Source: Bigelowiella natans CCMP2755 (lineage: Eukaryota; Protista; Cercozoa). Taken from it: a stretch of DNA of 64,000 bases. Positions within the stretch are counted from its first letter, which is position 1, and every line of letters starts with the position of its first letter. The stretch is taken from NCBI GenBank assembly GCA_000320545.1, contig ADNK01002286.1, positions 1 through 64,000 of the forward strand, read 5' to 3'. The notes beneath the pieces are model-generated. The model was not told where the DNA came from and did not search any database. It saw nothing but the letters and a program-made list of their open reading frames with translations. Position numbers and translations under genes: made by a program. This document shows positions 20,176-34,228 of this stretch, one piece after another.

Positions 20176-21153
20176 TAATACTATAGGAACTCGATGCTGG
20201 CAAGGCTCTTTATTCATCTGCATTCTCCTCAGGTAGTTTTGATGTGTCATCGTCAAAATCATCACAACCGTCGTCATCATTATCATCACCACCATCGTCG
20301 ATGATTCTTTGCTTGCGGTGCCTTTTCACAACTACAATGCGATTTGGTGAAACGCACGTGAAGATGATCACTTACATAGCTACGGTGTTATGTTGTTTGT
20401 TTGTCTAGGAAATCCCCTCAAAGACGGGTCTGTCATATATCCAACCCGAATACAACAAATCGATTACCTATTAACATCTAACAATGTGTACTCGCGCGCG
20501 TGCGCGTGTGTGTGTGAGTGTGTAGAAAATATCAGTGGGAGTAATATTCATTTATTTCCATATTTTCAAGAAGCTTGTGTCGCGCACTCATATCCGTGTT
20601 ATTTCACGGCTATGATGCTGCCGAACAGTGAAGATAGTGATATTGATGTTGATGTATATGATGATGATGAGGATTCTTTTATCGCCCAGCGGTCGCCTTT
20701 TCGCTTTGCCCTTCTCTCTCGACTTCAAGAACGTCGCTAATACAGGCAATGTGATTGTAATTATATCGACGGAACTTTTCCTTTTCCCTCCGATTCCCAT
20801 AGACCTTGAGAACAACTCTCTCGTTCATGAGACTGACACACATGCAAGCAGCATATGGCTTTTGAATGATGATGATGATGATGATGATGATGATGGTGAT
20901 GATGACGAAGGTGTTGTGAAGTGGGGAGGAAAGCTATGGGCCCTTTGGGAAGGGGGACCGCCTCACCGAATCTGCCCTGATAGCCTGGATGTAACCGATT
21001 ACTCTAGCAGTCGTAGGAGGAGTAGTAGCAGTAGAAGTTGTTGTAGTAGAAGTTGTGGTAGTAGTAGTGGTAGTAGTATATGCCGCTTTTTGCTCGTTCT
21101 TCATCCTTATTCACGCGCGCGTACACGCATAGAAGGAGATTTGGAGAGAAAGC

Positions 21154-21191
<38 letters not shown>

Positions 21192-22645
21192 TGACGAGAG
21201 AGTTGGATGCGAAAGAGGAAGATATTTATATTTGTATATTCGAACAAAGGAAAACACTATTGTTACTTGTACTGATGATGACGCTACTGCTACTCAGACG
21301 GAAGGGATCGATGAGCTTGGCCGTTTGCTATCTGGAGACCAACCTTTCGCGGCGCATTATCGAATCATGGGTGAAGATAAGATATCCGTACACTTTCTGC
21401 ATCTTTTCTCATTTAAGCGTGTGCGCGCACGCGCGTTCACCCAAGACCCCACTAGGGGAGGGACTGTGTGCATACGTGTGGATAAAAACCAACAATATAA
21501 GAGATATAGAGTTTGGCTATGTGAAGATGCTATCGAAGAGTACAGCCCAAGTGAGCGAGAAATGTTTGAAATGTTTCAGAGGAGAGCGGGGAACAGGTGC
21601 TGATAAACTTCGGAGCTGGTGAGTGAAATTTTGTTGGAAAGCACCAAAAAATAGCGATGTAATAGATCTATGCGATTGCAAAGCATCATGGAAGATATGT
21701 ACAACCAACAGGGCAAAAGGGCCTCGATTTAGAGCTAAAGATATGGGAATTCGATAAAAACGTAACCGAACAAGATGTTTTATCTTTCATCTCCCCGCTG
21801 TTGTGGGAGGCCTTGCACTCGTGCTCTTACAAAGATGCACAGATTTCTCGAGTCTAGTAACTGACTATCGAGAGACTTATTACGATCGATGCGTCTAGAA
21901 CGAATTCTTGTATTCCAAGCGCCTTACTTCGACTTCATCTGTTCGCAGATGCAACCGACGAAGGAGCGTGTGATCGAGAGGAAGAAGAAGGTCATCTTCC
22001 GCATCTCCGCTTTGCTTCAGCTTTGAGATCTTATCTGGGGATTTGATGATAGGCCTTTGCATTCCTCCATGACTTCGTGGTCACCGAAAACTACTACGTG
22101 TTCCATATGAACCCGCTCTATCTGGACCTGAAGAAGGTACAATAGAGTACTGAGCATAACACATTACTATATATGATTCATAAACTATCTAAGCATGGTT
22201 TTGTTTAAGGGGGGGGGGGGAGGGGGGTTGGAGGGAGGCGCGAGTTATAAATCTTCATCACATCCAAAACCCATTGCAAGCGTAATCGTTCTGGGAGTCA
22301 AGCGTGTACGAAATAGCTCGAAACGGACGTGCATGTGATGGTGCTATCATTGTAGGTTGCTTCAGAATTTCTGCTCGGAAAGTGCCCTATTGCACAGGTG
22401 AAGAGATAACAAGAGAACTGTGAGATCATGCGCGCGCGCGTGTGTGTGTTGTGTGTGTGTGTGTGTGTGCATATGCGCGCGCGCGCGAACCTAGTAGATC
22501 ATTCTCTAATCCCAACGTAAAATTCATGTACTCCCCAATGAAAGTGCTTGAAGTTCAACCCTCTGGAGAAAGGCACTTGGCTCCTCGTTCCGAGAGACGC
22601 AAGCAAGGACGTGTACTACGACATGATAGTCAGTAGAGGATCTCG

Positions 22646-22682
<37 letters not shown>

Positions 22683-23751
22683 GTTTGTCGTTGCTGCTGG
22701 TGCTCGTGGGTTCATCGGAATGAATAGTGATCTTGACGGGAACGTGATAGATGCAGGAAGCAAAGCGCTTTCATCTTGCCCAACCAAAGAAACTTAAATC
22801 CTTGATGCGTCAGAATGGAGATCGAAGCCCCCGTGTCGCAGTTTATCTTTCATCACGGGAACGCGTACGAGGAGGTATGTTCTCCATGAGAAAGAAGAGG
22901 TGGAAGTGAGTGGTGAAGAGAGCGACGAATCGCAGAGGTTCTCGTGCTGCAAGACCTCTCGAATATATATCCTGTATCGATGTCCGATGGAAAAAGCTAT
23001 GTTTTGATACTGCTACCTTCCAAATTCACGATGAGCATGTTTCACCATGAAAGAACGGAAAGCTTACCGTGGATTCTGTGGCCTTGGACTCCTTCGATTT
23101 CGAGGCGAACATGGACAACGTCAGTAGCGAGAGGAGAGCAGACGATGTCGGTACTGTTTTGCAAGGATGTGTTTGATCTTGAGGGCATTTATCAGGTGAA
23201 GGCGAGCTATTTCTTCAATCCTGGGCCCATGGGCAGGTATTATGGCCATATCATTCGTCTTTTCATTTTACTATAGAATAAGCCTTAGGATTGCATTGCT
23301 TCTTTACCTTATAAATATGACGAGCATTTCTTAAATATGTTTGGATATATAATATACACACATATACACATGTTTATTCCAAGTCTCTCACCTCACAATT
23401 CCTTGCCAGGCTGCATAGGACTCAGATTGACCTGAAAACTGGGAAAATAGCGCAGGTCTTAGCAAGAAGAACATTCAATTTCAACACACTGTACACACAC
23501 ACACACACACACACACAACAACACCTCAATATATGATATTGTATGTTGTTAAAAGTCGCTAGTATCGGAGAGGGGCTGTGAATTCCCGTCTATTCCAATA
23601 AAGAAAACAGGTCTTTGAAGCAAGAAAATCTCTATAGCTATCTGCACTAATTTCCTCTAAAATGCATTCCAGTTGGTCGCCCATTTGGGGAGATCGACCC
23701 AACGATATTCATTCCAACTTCAAAATTATAACCAACTACACAATATAGATA

Positions 23752-23823
<72 letters not shown>

Positions 23824-25021
23824 TTATCTATTTATTATAAATGTACATGATAACTTCATTTTTTGTCGGTGTGGTTGCATTGCTGCTTTTTATTAATTTT
23901 CCTTGTCCCCCTCCAAAATAGGCGTGAAGCACAAGTACATTTACACGGCATGCAGTGCAGTTTCAGGGCGCGCAGGATGGTACGTGGCTTGGAAACTGTT
24001 TGCGTATCCGATTGGAATTTGAGTAGCGACTTCCGCTTTAACAGTGCTGTATTTCGATATCTATATTTTCCAGTACGTTTAAGTAGTAGTGAGAATGTGT
24101 GTTCTGCTCTACCACATGTAGGGGACCAAATCGTGCAGTAATGAAATCGAACTTGGAGGACGGTAAGAATTCTAATGTAAAGGCGCTGTTATGAATAGAT
24201 GTAGGTCGGTAAAATTACCTGATCGCAAACAATAAAGCCTACTTTCTAATCAGGCTCTGAAGAACTCTTTGTGTTTGGAGGTATGTGAAGGATCGCCTAA
24301 TCGTGCAAATACAATTTCATTCGTGCAGATATAGCTCTTGTATTTTCCATCCTCAAAACCCCATTGATATGGTTGCCAGCCAAAAAATTCACTGGAGAGC
24401 CGATCTTCGCACCGAAGACAAATGCAAACCGTGAGGTATCATTCGTAAATGCTGTGGCTTGAATCAATACTTGAAAATCTCTGATTTCTAATTCTTCAAA
24501 AAGGACGATGGGTACTTATTGGTCGTTGTCTATGATGCCGAGAAGAATAGCTCATCACTTGCTATTATGGATGCTAGAAATGTAAGGCCACTCATACTCA
24601 CGTCTAACTATCATAACACTGTTGGTCTGCAATTTTCTCAATTATTACATAGCAGTGAAAACGAGAAGAATGACCTAACCGTAAGAAGATTTGATGTAAA
24701 TACAGAATATAGGGAGGATGTTGGCCATCATCATAGACGTTCCATTAATTTTTTATGCTGATAAATCAGATAGAGAAAGGACCAGTAGCTGAGATAAAGC
24801 TTCCCGCTAGACTTCCGTGAGTATTATAACAGCGAATTACATAGCCTAACACTAATGTCTACAAAGTTTTTAAAGAGAATTTTCTGACAACCCAATAGAA
24901 CCGAATAGCCTCGTTAACAGGCTAAACATTCTAGAAAATGTCGATTTGTTACTTTACAATATTTTCCTTCACAATATTTTTCTTAAGGTACGGTCTACAT
25001 GGAAGCTGGGTTCAGCCGTAA
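18063..25021 (+). CDS. Carotenoid cleavage oxygenase (RPE65/CCD/ACO family), probably plastid-targeted
   Basis: Exons GKIPDDLNGVLYRNGP, QPFDGDGMV, KNVANT-GVVKWGGKLWALWEGG, CEFP, GEPIFAPK and DDGYLLVVVYD. The four iron-ligand His motifs are present: FAAHY, FLHDF, FHHGNAYE, YGLHGSW. Stop TAA 25019-25021. The N-terminus has a hydrophobic segment followed by an R/S-rich transit-like exon. Confidence 0.92.
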
Positions 25022-25852
25022 ACGACTTCACCGAAGTAATCACCAAATGTATTTTGTGGTCTAGATGAGCACACTGCAAGTGAGTTTAGTTCAAGTGACC
25101 AGCCAGCTAGCCAGAGAGGTTGTGAGAAACACATTTGGTGTGTAAAATAGAAGGCAGAGTTGTAGACAGAGATTTGTGTGCGCTGCAAGACACGTCATTT
25201 TCATCAAGGCTAGAAAGTAATTTTCGCCATGTCACATAAAAGTCACGGCCACCGTTTCAATCATTTTGCTGACAACTTGTGCTAGCAGCATGTTTGATGC
25301 ATCTAGGCATGCCCGCTAGCCCGCATGTGTACACAGTGCTTGCGTGTGAGATGTTGCCGCTTTGCGGCAAGTGCGGTCTGCACACAGTCTTTCATCTCAT
25401 CAGGTGCAACAATGACCAGACATGTGGCATCCAAACACCTAGCCTACAACGAGATGTGGATGCGCTAGATGTACTTGCTAGCTCTTGAGCTTGTGTGCGT
25501 CCGACAATTCAGTCGTTCAGAAATTGATCAACAATGAGATCACTCTAGCTAGCTAGCATTTGGGCACTGCTGTTGCAATGGCATCGCAGCAAATCATTGA
25601 TGTGCAACAATGGCATGTAACTACATTGCCATTCTCATGGGTACCACAGTCTATTTGATGCTGACTTCATGTAATCTGCATTGCCCCTAACTTGGACATT
25701 GTGAGGATTTCATCACTTTTGGAAATACGTGTTAAGCAAGATTCTACATACCATTAGTTCCGATCAACATTAGTGAGCCTTAGGATAGCAGCATGGCTGT
25801 GACCGGGGCATGCAAGAACAAGTACATGTACTTTCAGCTTAGTGACAATGCA

Positions 25853-26353
25853 CTAGATGTGAACAAAATCCTTTTCAAATTGGGATCGTTTTTCCACCAA
25901 ATTTAACCACCTAAAGATGAGTCGATGTCGTGAGAAAAACATCATCGAAGCAGCAGATCTAGCCAGATACATTGTTAACATCATTAGATGTTGTTCACCC
26001 ATCCATGCCCATTCGGATGCCGTACAACCTTTTTGCTTCCCACTTTGATGACCTTGCATTGAAACCAATAACCAGCGTATCACTTCAGGAACAGCAAAAG
26101 GATGCATAGCGTTATGGCACAAAGTTGAAGCTCTGTTGACTTCTGTAGGACAAAAATAGTTCACCTCTCCCTTTGCACGAACCACTTTGTCGCTTCCAAT
26201 GTGGGTAATGAATCCTCCTTTGTCTTTGATCAGTTTCCCACCAGCGGTTATCTTCCCATCTTCATCCTCTTTGATAGCGCCGTAGACAATCTTGATTGCC
26301 TTGTTCCAGTTGTTGCTGCCTTTTGCATCCATTTTCTTCATGTTCGACGTCAT
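25853..26353 (-). other. Intronless 166-aa ORF of unknown origin (possible mobile-element or viral fragment)
   Basis: Globular-looking sequence with no microsatellites or introns, inside a 3-kb tail-to-tail interval. No family recognised. Confidence 0.35.
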
Positions 26354-27228
26354 CTTAGATTAGTTCTTTCGTCGCTCGTTGAGTTGTGAAGTTGATGGGT
26401 GGACCCCTGACATTTTTCCTCCAATTAACTGGGGAATTTTTAAGACTCTAGAACTCCGCCTCAGTGTCTCATCTCTTTCGAGAACACCGTTCATCTGCTT
26501 CACACCCACTCAGCAACACCATGTCGCTTTCTCATCTTTCAGGTTCCTCACAGGAAAACGTTGGCCAGAACGCTGAATCACATTGACTGACGTTCCCCTC
26601 CTGACAAAATGCGGTGAAGTGCTCCTTTTTCCCATGACCCGATTTTGAGCAAATGGTGAGAAAATCTTGTTCTTTTCCCCCGAACCGCCTCTCTTTTGCC
26701 ATCTGCACTGATGTCCTCAAGAAGCACAAACGTGGATCTGGTTCCATCCGCGCACACTCCGACTCTCTGACTCTCCGACCACTGCATGCCAAGTCGATGC
26801 AACATCAATTTTTCGGTGCGTTGATTTGCCTCAATCTTCGACCGCCAGACTGTCAACCTGTGGCTTTCACAGCACTCGGCCGACACCTCCAGACTTGACC
26901 AAGCGTGCTGTCGTGATGTTGCAAGCTGTGATTCCGTTGTGAGGACCAATGGACTCAAAAAACTCTGAGCAGAGCTCACGCAAATCAACTTCGTTGGTCA
27001 GCAGGTTGCACGTCGATGGTTCTTTCCACCAGAGCACGGAGAACACCACGTTTGTGGAACAGCGATGACCAAATGATTGAACAGCTGCTGGATTTGAACA
27101 AAAACGCAATGCAGAAGTGGATGGCCAGCTAGCCAGAGGCACCACTGCGTGCAGCAGGCAGCAACGCTGTGGACGTTTCTGCTTGCGAGAGTTCGTTTTG
27201 AAGGAGACAAGAGATCAAAACCGACACA

Positions 27229-27600
27229 ATGCTTGTTCCAGACTTGTGGATGTGCTGGTCTGCATGCAGTGGTGTGGGTGAGCAAGGTCAATGGGGAAAA
27301 TCACCAGGAAAATCAATGAGAGACAACTCGACAGTTGTCCATCATGGTGACAAGATTTGTGCGGTTGGAGGTTGTGATGTGGAAATCGAGAAAATCCAGA
27401 AAATGCACATTTGTGCGGTTGGAGGTTGCGATGTGGAAATCGAGAAAATGCATGGAAACTGTCGAGGGTGCGATCTTCAGCACCGTGAACAAAGTTCAAG
27501 ATGGTGAACAGGGCGTCACACGCTCACGGGAGTGCAAAGCGAGACTTGTTAGGTGCAAATGAATGGTCGAGGCCATGGGGTTGATTGCCAGATTGGTCAG
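27229..27600 (+). pseudogene. Kelch-repeat pseudogene relic
   Basis: W...R..STVVHHGDKICAVGGCD and HICAVGGCD match the Kelch motif IYAVGGYD with Tyr changed to Cys/His. A frameshifted ETVE/CD...W resembles the Kelch VE.YD...W strand. Internal tandem duplication and stop codons are present. Confidence 0.7.
27355..27449 (+). repeat. 41-bp direct repeat, two copies, period 54
   Basis: atttgtgcggttggaggttg(t/c)gatgtggaaatcgagaaaat at 27355-27395 and 27409-27449, one mismatch. Confidence 0.95.
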
Positions 27601-28068
27601 CAGCACGTAGCCTGTGTGGCTGTGCGGGAAGCATCGCACAGCTAGACAGCGTCGGATGACAGCATGTCTTGCTTTCATGCGAAAGAATTGCAAATAAATG
27701 CATGTGCTCTGGTAACGTCGCACTTCGTTCATTCATCTTCCATCATTTAATCAACTGCTTCTGCTGAATGTTGCTACATTGCTTCGTGATCTTCATTGAT
27801 GCCACTACTAGACTGTCCTCTACTCTGCATGCACATCGCTTCATTCATCACTCATGTTCTATCATTGAGGCTTACATGGACGAATCAGGCGATTGTGCAT
27901 GCACACCGTGGGCGATACATGCTAGCATGGGCATGCAATGAGATGTTACCATGTGTCATGAAGCAAATGAGCTAGCCGACGACAGATTCTAATGCTGACT
28001 AGCTACATAGCCTACAGGAAGAATGATCATAGAAAGCCAAAGGAACTGATGCCTCAGACAACCATAAG

Positions 28069-29830
28069 TTATTTTTCTGTGACGTCCATAAAGTTTTCCG
28101 TTGAAAACTGTTCTTTCTTTGCCTTTGTCTTGCTCTCAATGGTGAAATTACATCCGACCTAGAAATAATAATGACATTAATTTGCAGTTAATCTTAGAAA
28201 TACCATTGATCAAAAGAATATTTGTTGGTGTTCGTTGCGAATCGGCTACAAGACTAATGCGAAACTAAAATTAAGGGAGGAGCAACCCCTATATTTACCG
28301 CACTAACACAGCTATAATATCAATAGTAACAACAATAATGACAATAATAATAATAATAATTACCTCGCAGTTATCAAGGCTGCTCATCTGCTGTATATTA
28401 GCATTACTGCAGACAACTGTGTCAGATAGAGTCACCATCCCTTCCACTGTAACATGGTCCATAAGTACACAATTGGTGATTCGGCACTTCTCTCCAATTT
28501 TGCAGTACTTTCCTACAACCGATTTCTTGATATTCGTTTTCTTTCCAATTTGCACGCCCTCACCGACTACACAATCCTTTCCAATCGTGAATGATAGCTT
28601 CTGCGGACGTGAGGAGGACGAAGAAGATCCTCCGGTAGATGGTGCACCAGATACTCGATAGCCGGTCGTGACAAACGCCTTTCCCTCGGAGTCTTTGAGA
28701 GAAGCAACTTCTCGATTCGCACGCTTATATGCTGGAACAGTGTTCACGCGCATACAGAAGCTTCCTCCTTTTCCATCTCCACTTTCCACTCCGTCCTCGA
28801 GGACCAACGCCATGCAGTTAATAGGATCTGATGTGGAGGGAGGCACGGATGACATCTGTAATGCACCAGCCTGAACAAACTTTTTACGAACAATGAAGCC
28901 TTTCTTGTCGTCACGATGGGTGATTTCACCGTCCGTCCCCGCTCCCTTATTCATGTCAACCATGCTCTGGGTCTTCATCAACATCGCCATCTTGGAAGGC
29001 TTCGGTTGGTCGCCGTCCACTTTGAGGCGCGATTCCTTAAACTGGGCTTCGACAAGGTGCGGGATCAGATCATTCTGAATGGAAGATAGCGTCTTATCCT
29101 CCTTGATAACCGTAGCAACCCAGTGAGCGAATATGTAAACGTGAGCATCCTCGAGCCGGCTGTGAAGTGTCATCCGGGGAAATGTGCCGAGGAGCCACTT
29201 TCCCACGCAAAAAGTGTCCTCTATATCTGCTTTGGACTTGTACAGCACTACACGGTTGGTGTCTTGTTCTAACCCAATGAAGTTACACTCAGGAAGTGAT
29301 TGCTTCTTAGCATCGAGCTTTGCAGCAGCAGCCTTTTTATTCTTCCCGCCCTTTCCTTTCTTCGCCGGCACCGCAGTAGTCAGCGTAGAATTCGCTAAAA
29401 GAACGGTAGCCACAGAATCGTGCATGCGGTGTGTGTCGGCCATGTATAGCAGCTCGATATTCGACAGCACATCGGAGGATACGACAATGAAGTCGGTCAC
29501 GATCTTATCCGCCACAGATCGTAGAGCATCCGCCGTGCCGGTGTAATCATCCACAACGTGCATAGAGCAGTTGAGCTTTCCCTCATACTTCTCCGCAAGG
29601 TATGTATTTACCTGCTGTGAGCAGTGTTGCGTGGTAATGACTATACAATCCCGCAGACCGGCCCTTTCCAACATCGCCAGCTGATAGGAGATCAGGGGGC
29701 GGTTCCCCACGGGTAGTAAGCATTTTGGGGTTCTCTCTGGCAAAGGAAACATCCGATTTCCATGCCCACCGGCCAGGATCACGGCCTGGAACTCGATCGC
29801 ACCACCCCCTCCGCCCACGCCGGACGCCAT
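28069..29830 (-). CDS. EIF2B3: Translation initiation factor eIF2B gamma subunit
   Basis: EFQAVILAGGHGNRMFPL...PKCLLPVGNRPLI nucleotidyltransferase-like domain, GTADALR, and a C-terminal left-handed beta-helix (IGKDCVVGEGVQIG...). Exon 1 is 29830-28364. Exon 2 is ~28158-28069 (VGCNFTIES...MDVTEK*). Confidence 0.92.
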
Positions 29831-30220
29831 ATTTTCGAGTAGTTCGCTTGCACCTCCGCGAAAGTTCGCGCACGGACAGCTTTTCCTGGCAAACATGCTT
29901 AGATCTATTCGGCCTTTATTTTGTACTAAAATATAGTGATTATTTCGCCTCAACAGCTCGATAATAGCCACCCTAGATTTAAGTACGACAAAGCATAAAG
30001 AAAGTCGTTACTGAAAATTCAAGGTATATCTTTATGAGGACATCCACTGGGGATATCAGCAACGACAATCGATTTCCATGGATATTTGCATTAAAGCCCC
30101 GACCTGCCTCAAATGTAGATGAAGAGACTTGTAAGAGAGGTTTAGTACCATAAAAGTGGGAGAGAAGAGAGGGAAAGAGAAACTACTCGGTTGAGAGAAG
30201 AAGGCTCGCCGATTCTTACC

Positions 30221-31947
<1,727 letters not shown>

Positions 31948-32827
31948 TTCACCTAGAAGGACCAACGTTACAATAGAATGCGCGATTTAAGTATGCTGCG
32001 GTGGGGAATTGTGCATAATAGACACAGTAATATGGTATATATCCTTCTACATGCACAAAACTGTTGTATGGTTGCATTTTGTCAGAAATGTGCATAGCGC
32101 CTAAAGGCACTAGACACGTAGACGACATCTCTAGATATAGTATCGTCTGTGCACATGTGGCATGTCTAGGATGTTTAGATGGCGCATGTGCTATCTCAGG
32201 TAGAAAACGCATTGTTACGAATCAAATCTCAACTCTCAACAGACGAGTTTTTTTGACTTGGGTCAAATAATGTGACTCCGGCGCTAAAAACTTATAATCT
32301 AGCTAGCTAGCTAATATATACCCCGTGTGAGCGGTGAGCCTCTCTAGCTCTAGCTAGCTGCTAGCTCAATGAGTGGCAGCTATGAGCATGCGCATCATGC
32401 AATGTACAAATAACATATATTATGATTTTCAACAGGATCTTATTGTGTTGTTATCGAAACTGCTGTGTGCATGTTTCGAGCATTTCGTGCCAATCTAGCA
32501 ATTGCATTAGAAGCCAATTGTAGCAGCATGCAGATTCAACATTAGCTAGTTAGCGCTGTCACACCCGCTGCATTGCACAGCTACATGCTAGTATGAGGAT
32601 GACCATTGAACAAATTTAATTGATTAATTAAATCAATAATATCAATATCATACATTACGACATATGTACGTGCATTGACGCTCATAGCTGTTGAGAAGTA
32701 TGTGTTTTGCAAAGTGATTACATTTGTACAAGGCATATACGTAACAAAACATAACGACGTGCGAAAGATAACGTGTTTGCTCGGCGTAAGCCAGCCGAAA
32801 TGAAGCGTATATATCATTTCTTGTCCC

Positions 32828-33252
32828 CTACATTTCTTTACTTTTGATTCGATTTTTCACTTTGCCGTCAAGGCAATATGATTTGATGAAGAAATTGAGG
32901 AAGAAGAGGAGTACAACGCCGACGTAGGAGTAGGTGTAGATGAAGACGCCCATTAAAGGGCCTGAAAAGGGACACACAATTGCAGGCAGTTATTCGGAAT
33001 GAATGGACGCAAAAGATGTAGCATTTTTATATCACGTAGTGTATTGGCGGTCATGTTAAACGAAACGATGTTACTTGGTAACAAAGAGACATTTGTATGT
33101 ACAAGTGCGTGCGATCGCTACCACTGGCAGCAAAGCACGGGATGTTCTTATGGTCCCAGAAGAATGTGAAGCCGGTGATGAATCTGTGTAATAAGTAAGG
33201 CGCGTGATAAAAAAATAAAAAAATAAGTGTGTGTGTGTGTGTGTGTGTGTGA

Positions 33253-33291
<39 letters not shown>

Positions 33292-33969
33292 AGAGGGGGA
33301 GGGGATACCGTGCTCAAATCTTACTATATGTTGCATGCTCAAAGGCTCGTTGAAACTTATTTCGCAAAGAAACTTTTGACTTTCTTTCGATGGAAGCTTA
33401 CTGTATGATCTGGATCGAGGTGATGATAGACTTAGCCTGTTGTTGTTGGATTGTAGTGGTAGTTTAAGGAAACTATGCTAGACGATACCGATTACGAATA
33501 GAAATGCTGAATGAACGACAGCATACGCACATTCGTCTTTTGTTATTTCGTATTTCTATGAACACCTTAAATTTGATTCCAAGAATTGACAACCCATAGT
33601 AAGCATACCTGCGTATTTGTACATTAGACGGCAGGTAAATGTTATCTCCCATCCGCGTTTGTGCGTCTGCGTACACTTTTGGGTGCTACATGATAGTATG
33701 AACGAAGGAGTTGAGGGAGACGAACATCCAGGCAGCCTTTATATATGAATAGTAATGTAAAGGAGATGAGTTTATACGTCAAACGTGCGAGCAAGGGGAT
33801 TTATTACGCTCTTGCGTGGACATACCTCTATTCCAGATCTCTGTAGAATTCCAACATTTATGGCCGCACCACAGTGACTGAGGATATTTCGTTATATCAG
33901 GCTATTCTACTGCTATAGGAATCCGCGATAGGCATGCGACGCATATGTTAACAAGGTATTTTTGATTTG

Positions 33970-34000
<31 letters not shown>

Positions 34001-34134
34001 GGAGCGTCACTGATGATCTAGGTTGTAATACTGGAAGTAGTGCAGCCAGGATACTTGTTTGTAGTTAATGATGAGAAATAGAGTATCGAGGAACTCCACG
34101 TATTTCGACCAATGAAACAGCTGAGTGTGTGTAT

Positions 34135-34170
<36 letters not shown>

Positions 34171-34189
34171 AATCTATATTCAAACCATG

Positions 34190-34228
<39 letters not shown>

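Noticed and set aside
27355-27449. Direct repeats as a CRISPR-like array
   Set aside because: Only two copies with a 13-nt gap, in frame with a Kelch motif, in eukaryotic DNA.
26451-27549. Classical RIP or CpG-methylation decay as the cause of the TG/CA excess
   Set aside because: CpG is still frequent in the tract and TpA is lost rather than gained. Both C->T processes predict the opposite.
26379-27736. Many overlapping 60-140 aa ORFs on both strands
   Set aside because: Loss of TpA removes TAA/TAG stops, so long Tyr-free ORFs arise passively. Only the Kelch relic has a recognisable motif.
29831-29971. N-terminal extension of the 558-aa eIF2B-gamma ORF and its hydrophobic C-terminal tail
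   Set aside because: The extension starts at a non-ATG codon upstream of the likely MASG start. The tail (IIIIII...) is read-through into an intron.
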